Shown: positions 7,219-10,622 of the stretch, piece after piece
How the letters are laid out: every line of letters starts with the position of its first letter
How positions within the stretch are numbered: the stretch's first letter is position 1
Virus genome (UHGV): UHGV-0118722
Origin: a virus
DNA length: 10,622 nt
Strand: one strand, 5' to 3'
The notes under the pieces: generated by a model
What the model saw: the letters and a program-made list of their open reading frames with translations, nothing else
Database searches by the model: none
What the model was told of the DNA's origin: nothing
Translations under genes and position numbers: made by a program

Positions 7219-7821
7219 TTAATTTCCTGCTTTCAGTTGCTTAAGACGACGTTTGAGTTCGCCATTCCGTGCCTTTTCGTTATTGAGTCGGCCCGTCTCC
7301 TTATCCAGCTTCGCCCGCAAATCAGTGATCTGCTGTTGATTGAAAGACACCGAATTCTGCGCGGACTTATAAGCGGCAACCACCTGAGCATTCCGCTGTT
7401 TTGCTTCTTGCAGGCGCTGAAAGTTGGATTTAACTGCCGGTTTCTTGTCTACCGGATTGGCAACACGCTTCGCTTTGGCGATCAGTGATTTCTGGAATTT
7501 TGCGGAGTTTTTGCGGGCCGCCTGTCCCATGACGGTACCAAGCGTCTTGATATCCGGCGACTGAGCGTTAGGAATAGCTTTTCCATTCAGTTTCACAGAC
7601 GATATATCGCCAGTATCGTTTACCTGTATGGCAAGAATTTGTCCGTCGTTAAGAACCAGCTTTGCGGTTTTAACTTTAACGCCATCTTTCGTTGTTGCGC
7701 GGTTGCTGGAGTCAACCTCAATTACCGTAACCCCGGTTTTATTGATCGCCGCGATAAGGGATTTCAGCCCCTTTTCATTAACCTGGTCAAAATCGACCGT
7801 TGCATACTTATTTTTCGTCAT
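7219..7821 (-). CDS. hdf: 200-aa paralogue of the central part of the downstream 639-aa protein, Hdf-like
   Basis: The ORF track gives 7219..7830. I prefer the second ATG (7819-7821) because AGGA lies 8 nt upstream of it, whereas the first ATG has no usable spacing. Shared motifs with the 639-aa protein include KNSAKFQ, encoded by a 21-nt stretch that is 20/21 identical between the two genes. Confidence 0.7.
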   Translation of the reverse strand: MTKNKYATVDFDQVNEKGLKSLIAAINKTGVTVIEVDSSNRATTKDGVKVKTAKLVLNDGQILAIQVNDTGDISSVKLNGKAIPNAQSPDIKTLGTVMGQAARKNSAKFQKSLIAKAKRVANPVDKKPAVKSNFQRLQEAKQRNAQVVAAYKSAQNSVSFNQQQITDLRAKLDKETGRLNNEKARNGELKRRLKQLKAGN

Positions 7822-7830
7822 CTGACACAT

Positions 7831-7991
7831 CCTGTGCGAGATTTATTACGTAACTTCTGCGGATTTGCTGAGTAACAGGGAAAATCCGATACAACGGGTT
7901 AATGAACGAGTCGCCATGCGTAACTATGACGTTGAAATGCCACAGTCGCTCTCCTTTATGCAAAGTAACTTCTCAACCGGTCATTTGTTGC
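7831..7991 (-). promoter_or_regulatory. 160-bp intergenic region upstream of the operon; possible internal promoter or operator
   Basis: Non-coding gap between two minus-strand genes. It contains the 7-bp inverted repeat CGGATTT-N15-AAATCCG at 7860-7888. No promoter hexamers could be assigned confidently by eye. Confidence 0.3.
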
Positions 7992-8273
7992 TTAAGAGGC
8001 ATTTCTATTGAGGTACGAATCGATAATCCTTTGTAACTTTTCAAGAATGAGCCTGTTATTGATGCTGCAAATAATAGTCACGCAATTCTGAAGACTTTCA
8101 TCCATACCCTTATATTCCGCGAAATACATGCCTATAAAGCCTGCAAGTACGGCAGCAATACACTCGGCCATCAATTGCCTGCATGACGCTTCGTAACGTT
8201 TTTCACGAACCCCATTCAGAAACGAATGCACCCCGCCAAGGATGGAGAGGAGCATTATTGTGAAATCAAACAT
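7992..8273 (-). CDS. Small two-helix membrane protein (93 aa), holin-like
   Basis: GAGGAAA ribosome-binding site 7 nt upstream of the ATG (8271-8273). Two hydrophobic segments (FTIMLLSILGGVHSF and IAAVLAGFIGMYFA). It is the first minus-strand gene after the divergent region next to the invertase. In P1 the lyd holin genes head the darA operon, so it may be LydA-like, but I do not recognise the sequence. Confidence 0.6.
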   Translation of the reverse strand: MFDFTIMLLSILGGVHSFLNGVREKRYEASCRQLMAECIAAVLAGFIGMYFAEYKGMDESLQNCVTIICSINNRLILEKLQRIIDSYLNRNAS

Positions 8274-8400
8274 AACTATTTCCTCAATAGTGAATTAAAT
8301 CTCATTGGGAAACGGTATGTACTTTGTGATTTCCACACATACTGGTTTTTGTTAATTAAAATCAGCAGCTTGCTATAAATAACGATAGTGAGCAGAAAAT
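8274..8400. promoter_or_regulatory. Divergent intergenic region between the holin-like gene and the invertase
   Basis: 127-bp AT-rich spacer between divergently oriented genes. It contains an imperfect palindrome GTATGTACTTTGTGATTTCCACACATAC (8315-8342), the palindrome TTAATTAA (8352-8359), and TTGCTATAAATAACGATAG just upstream of the invertase ATG. Confidence 0.35.
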
Positions 8401-8961
8401 ATGCTAATAGGCTATGTACGCGTATCAACAAATGAACAAAACACTGCTTTACAACGAAATGCCCTTGAAAGCGCAGGATGTGAGCTAATTTTTGAGGACA
8501 AGGCGAGCGGCAAAAAGGCTGAACGCCCTGGGTTAAAAAAGGTTCTTCGTATGCTTTCCAGAGGTGACACCCTGGTCGTATGGAAGTTAGATCGTCTTGG
8601 GCGCAGCATGCGTCACTTAGTTGTGCTGGTGGAAGAGCTGCGTGACAGAGGCATTAACTTCCGGAGTCTCACTGACTCCATCGACACCAGTACACCAATG
8701 GGGCGCTTTTTCTTTCACGTAATGGGGGCGCTGGCAGAAATGGAACGTGAACTTATTGTTGAACGTACACGCGCTGGACTTGATGCAGCTCGCGCAGAAG
8801 GTCGAATAGGTGGGCGTCGGCCTAAATACCAGAAAGAAACATGGCAGCAAATGCGGCGATTGCTGGAGAAGGGCATCCCCCGTAAGCAGGTTGCAATCAT
8901 CTATGATGTGGCTGTTTCCACTCTTTATAAGAAGTTTCCGGCGTCATCATTTCAATCCTAA
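8401..8961 (+). CDS. cin: Serine DNA invertase of the Hin/Gin/Cin/Pin family (186 aa)
   Basis: N-terminus [22 protein letters not shown] with the catalytic Ser in VRVST, the conserved ...[12 protein letters not shown]...[14 protein letters not shown]...[19 protein letters not shown]... core, and a C-terminal helix-turn-helix ...[20 protein letters not shown]. It closely resembles Gin and Pin as I recall them. I use the symbol cin because of the P1-like context, but pin or gin is equally possible. Confidence 0.93.
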   Translation: MLIGYVRVSTNEQNTALQRNALESAGCELIFEDKASGKKAERPGLKKVLRMLSRGDTLVVWKLDRLGRSMRHLVVLVEELRDRGINFRSLTDSIDTSTPMGRFFFHVMGALAEMERELIVERTRAGLDAARAEGRIGGRRPKYQKETWQQMRRLLEKGIPRKQVAIIYDVAVSTLYKKFPASSFQS

Positions 8962-8978
8962 ACCTTGGTTTAAGAGAA
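8953..8978. other. 26-bp crossover site for the serine invertase (hix/gix/cix-like)
   Basis: CAATCCTAAACC-TT-GGTTTAAGAGAA has palindromic inner arms AAACC/GGTTT around a central dinucleotide at 8965-8966, the same architecture as hixL (TTCTTGAAAACC-AA-GGTTTTTGATAA). The invertase stop codon (8959-8961) lies in the left half-site. Confidence 0.75.
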
Positions 8979-10004
8979 CTCGGTACCAGCGGTGAAAAGA
9001 TCCCCCTGTTGAGCACGGCTAACACATGGAGTGCACGCCAGACTTTCAACGGCGGGATCACCGGGGCGCTGACAGGGAACGCCGATACCGCAACGAAATT
9101 GAAAACAGCCAGAAACATTAATGGCGTCAGGTTCGATGGTTCTGGTGACATTAATATCAATACTCTGGTATCGCGCGGTCGCGTAACGGCCCTGGAGGCG
9201 AATGCACAGGGAACATCCGGGATTCAGCTGTATGAGGCATACAACAATGGCTACCCTTCCCCCTATGGCAATGTGCTTCACCTTAAAGGTGCCACCGCTG
9301 CTGGCGAAGGTGAGTTATTCATTGGCTGGAGTGGCACGAGCGGTGCCCATGCGCCCGTACATATCCGTTCGCGGCGGGATACTGATTCTGCCAACTGGTC
9401 TGAATGGGCGCAGGTCTATACGTCAAAAGATTCAATTCCCGGCGTCAATGCCAAAGGGGATCAGGATACCTCTGGTAATGCGGCTACAGCGACCAAGTTG
9501 CAGACAGCATGTACTATCAACGGCGTCTCGTTTGACGGTTCTAAAAATATTGAGCTAACGGCGGAAGATTTAAATCTACAGGAAACGGTAAACAAGGCTG
9601 ATAACGCGGTTCAAAAGACAGGCGATATCTTGTCCGGTGGACTTACTTTTGAAAACGACTCAATCCTTGCCTGGATTCGGAATACTGACTGGGCGAAGGT
9701 TGGTTTTAAAAATGATGCCGACAGCGATACTGATTCATACATGTGGTTTGAAACAGGCGACAACGGCAATGAATATTTCAAATGGAGAAGTCGCCAGAGC
9801 ACCACAACAAAAGACCTGATGAATCTTAAATGGGATGCTTTGTCTGTCCTTGTTAAAGCCCTTTTCAGCAGTGAAGTAAAAATATCGACACTCAATGCAC
9901 TAAGGATATTTAATTCATCTTTTGGTGCTATTTTTCGTCGTTCTGAAGAATGCCTGCATATCATCCCTACACGAGAGAATGAGGGGGAAAATGGGCTTTG
10001 TTGA
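8967..10004 (+). CDS. Tail-fibre variable C-terminal cassette, promoterless and truncated at its 3' end by an IS element
   Basis: The frame is open from 8931 through the crossover site with no upstream gene in frame, so no start codon is expected; the ORF-track start at 9009 is a TTG. It contains repeated tail-fibre motifs [28 protein letters not shown] and [28 protein letters not shown]. Native sequence ends at 9993; the last three codons and the stop (10002-10004) belong to the IS terminal repeat. Confidence 0.75.
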   Translation, partial: GLRELGTSGEKIPLLSTANTWSARQTFNGGITGALTGNADTATKLKTARNINGVRFDGSGDININTLVSRGRVTALEANAQGTSGIQLYEAYNNGYPSPYGNVLHLKGATAAGEGELFIGWSGTSGAHAPVHIRSRRDTDSANWSEWAQVYTSKDSIPGVNAKGDQDTSGNAATATKLQTACTINGVSFDGSKNIELTAEDLNLQETVNKADNAVQKTGDILSGGLTFENDSILAWIRNTDWAKVGFKNDADSDTDSYMWFETGDNGNEYFKWRSRQSTTTKDLMNLKWDALSVLVKALFSSEVKISTLNALRIFNSSFGAIFRRSEECLHIIPTRENEGENGLC

Positions 10005-10622
10005 ATAAATCAGATTTCGGGTAAGTCTCCCCCGTAGCGGGTTGTGTTTTCAGGCAATACGCACGCTTTCAGGCATACCTGCTTTCGTCATTTTGTTCAG
10101 CGCTCGTACCAGGGCCATAGCCTCTGCAACCTGACCATCGTAGTCACGCAGTGTCAGTGAACCTCCGAACAGCTGTTTTACCCGGTACATCGCCGTTTCC
10201 GCTATCGAGCGACGGTTATAATCTGTTGTCCATTTCCACCGCGCATTACTCCCGGTCAGCCGCTGATTCGCAACAGCACGGTTACGGTCTGCATATTCAC
10301 CGGGCCAGTAACCCGCGCCTTTTCGGGGCGGGATAAGCGCGCTGATTTTCTTACGCCGCAGTTCATCGTGACAGAGCCGGGTGTCGTAAGCGCCGTCTGC
10401 CGATGCTGCCCTGATTTTTCTGTGAGTCTGCCGGATAAGACCCGGGAAGGCTTCTGAGTCCGTCACATTGTTCAGCGACAGGTCTGCACAGATGATTTCA
10501 TGTGTTTTGCTGTCAACTGCCAGATGCAACTTTCGCCATATACGACGGCGTTCTTTGCCGTGTTTTTTGACTTTCCATTCGCCTTCACCAAAGACCTTCA
10601 GCCCGGTGGAATCAATCACCAG
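9994..10622 (-). mobile_element. IS903/IS102-group (IS5-family) insertion sequence, partial (continues beyond the window)
   Basis: The terminal sequence GGCTTTGTTGAATAAATC at 9994-10011 matches the IS903 inverted repeat as I remember it. The sequence just inside differs from IS903 itself, so this is a relative. It contains a transposase ORF on the minus strand. Confidence 0.8.
10050..10622 (-). CDS. IS5-family (IS903-group) transposase, C-terminal part (N-terminus lies right of the window)
   Basis: The minus-strand frame is open to the window edge and ends ...RDYDGQVAEAMALVRALNKMTKAGMPESVRIA, with ...ADGAYDTRLCHDEL... upstream, typical of IS903-group transposases. The track's start at 10619 is an internal Met. 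Confidence 0.85.
   Translation of the reverse strand: MVIDSTGLKVFGEGEWKVKKHGKERRRIWRKLHLAVDSKTHEIICADLSLNNVTDSEAFPGLIRQTHRKIRAASADGAYDTRLCHDELRRKKISALIPPRKGAGYWPGEYADRNRAVANQRLTGSNARWKWTTDYNRRSIAETAMYRVKQLFGGSLTLRDYDGQVAEAMALVRALNKMTKAGMPESVRIA

Noticed and set aside
7180-7875. Plus-strand ORFs 7180..7488, 7628..7825 and 7639..7875 opposite the hdf-like gene
   Set aside because: Antisense to a gene that shows paralogy to its neighbour. No ribosome-binding sites, and the products are hydrophobic or low-complexity.
8412-9281. Minus-strand ORFs antisense to the invertase and the tail-fibre cassette, and plus-strand ORF 8810..8995
   Set aside because: They overlap a gene with unmistakable serine-recombinase motifs or the fibre cassette, and the products are Arg/Ser/Cys-rich artefacts.
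9202-9964. ORFs 9202..9558 (+), 9611..9964 (-) and 9637..9819 (+) inside the tail-fibre cassette
   Set aside because: The fibre frame carries recognisable repeated fibre motifs across this interval. These are overlapping alternative frames.
10151-10336. 61-aa plus-strand ORF inside the IS903-like element
   Set aside because: Antisense to the transposase frame, which is open across the whole interval.
1-10622. CRISPR arrays, tRNA or rRNA genes
   Set aside because: No regularly spaced direct repeats of CRISPR type, no cloverleaf-like tRNA candidates and no rRNA-like conserved blocks were seen on either strand.

Overview
This window reads like a piece of a P1-like phage or phage-plasmid carrying two insertion sequences. 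Left to right: the 3' end of an unidentified gene (to 158); a palindrome with two GATC sites, a G10 tract and a 39-aa ORF (316-477); GC-rich hairpins (486-593); a degenerate IS1-family element (780-1537, minus); a terminator-like hairpin (1543-1572); a tightly packed minus-strand operon (7821 down to 1638) encoding proteins of about 200, 639, 121, 995 and 102 aa; a small two-helix holin-like gene (7992-8273, minus); a Hin/Gin/Cin/Pin-family serine DNA invertase (8401-8961, plus) whose stop codon lies inside a 26-bp palindromic crossover site (8953-8978); a promoterless tail-fibre variable cassette reading out of that site; and an IS903-group element (from 9994) that truncates the cassette and runs off the right edge. 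The operon is the main item: its gene order, protein sizes and the fact that the 200-aa protein is a paralogue of an internal part of the 639-aa protein match what I remember of the phage P1 darA 'defence against restriction' operon (hdf-darA-ddrA-ddrB), which sits between IS1 and cin in P1. Those gene names rest on remembered synteny and sizes, not on any alignment I could run. Two things in the operon go beyond what I can attribute to described Dar biology: an HExxH zincin-like motif near the C-terminus of the 995-aa protein, and a fifth, extremely acidic 102-aa ORF coupled to its 3' end. No rRNA, tRNA or CRISPR array was seen.
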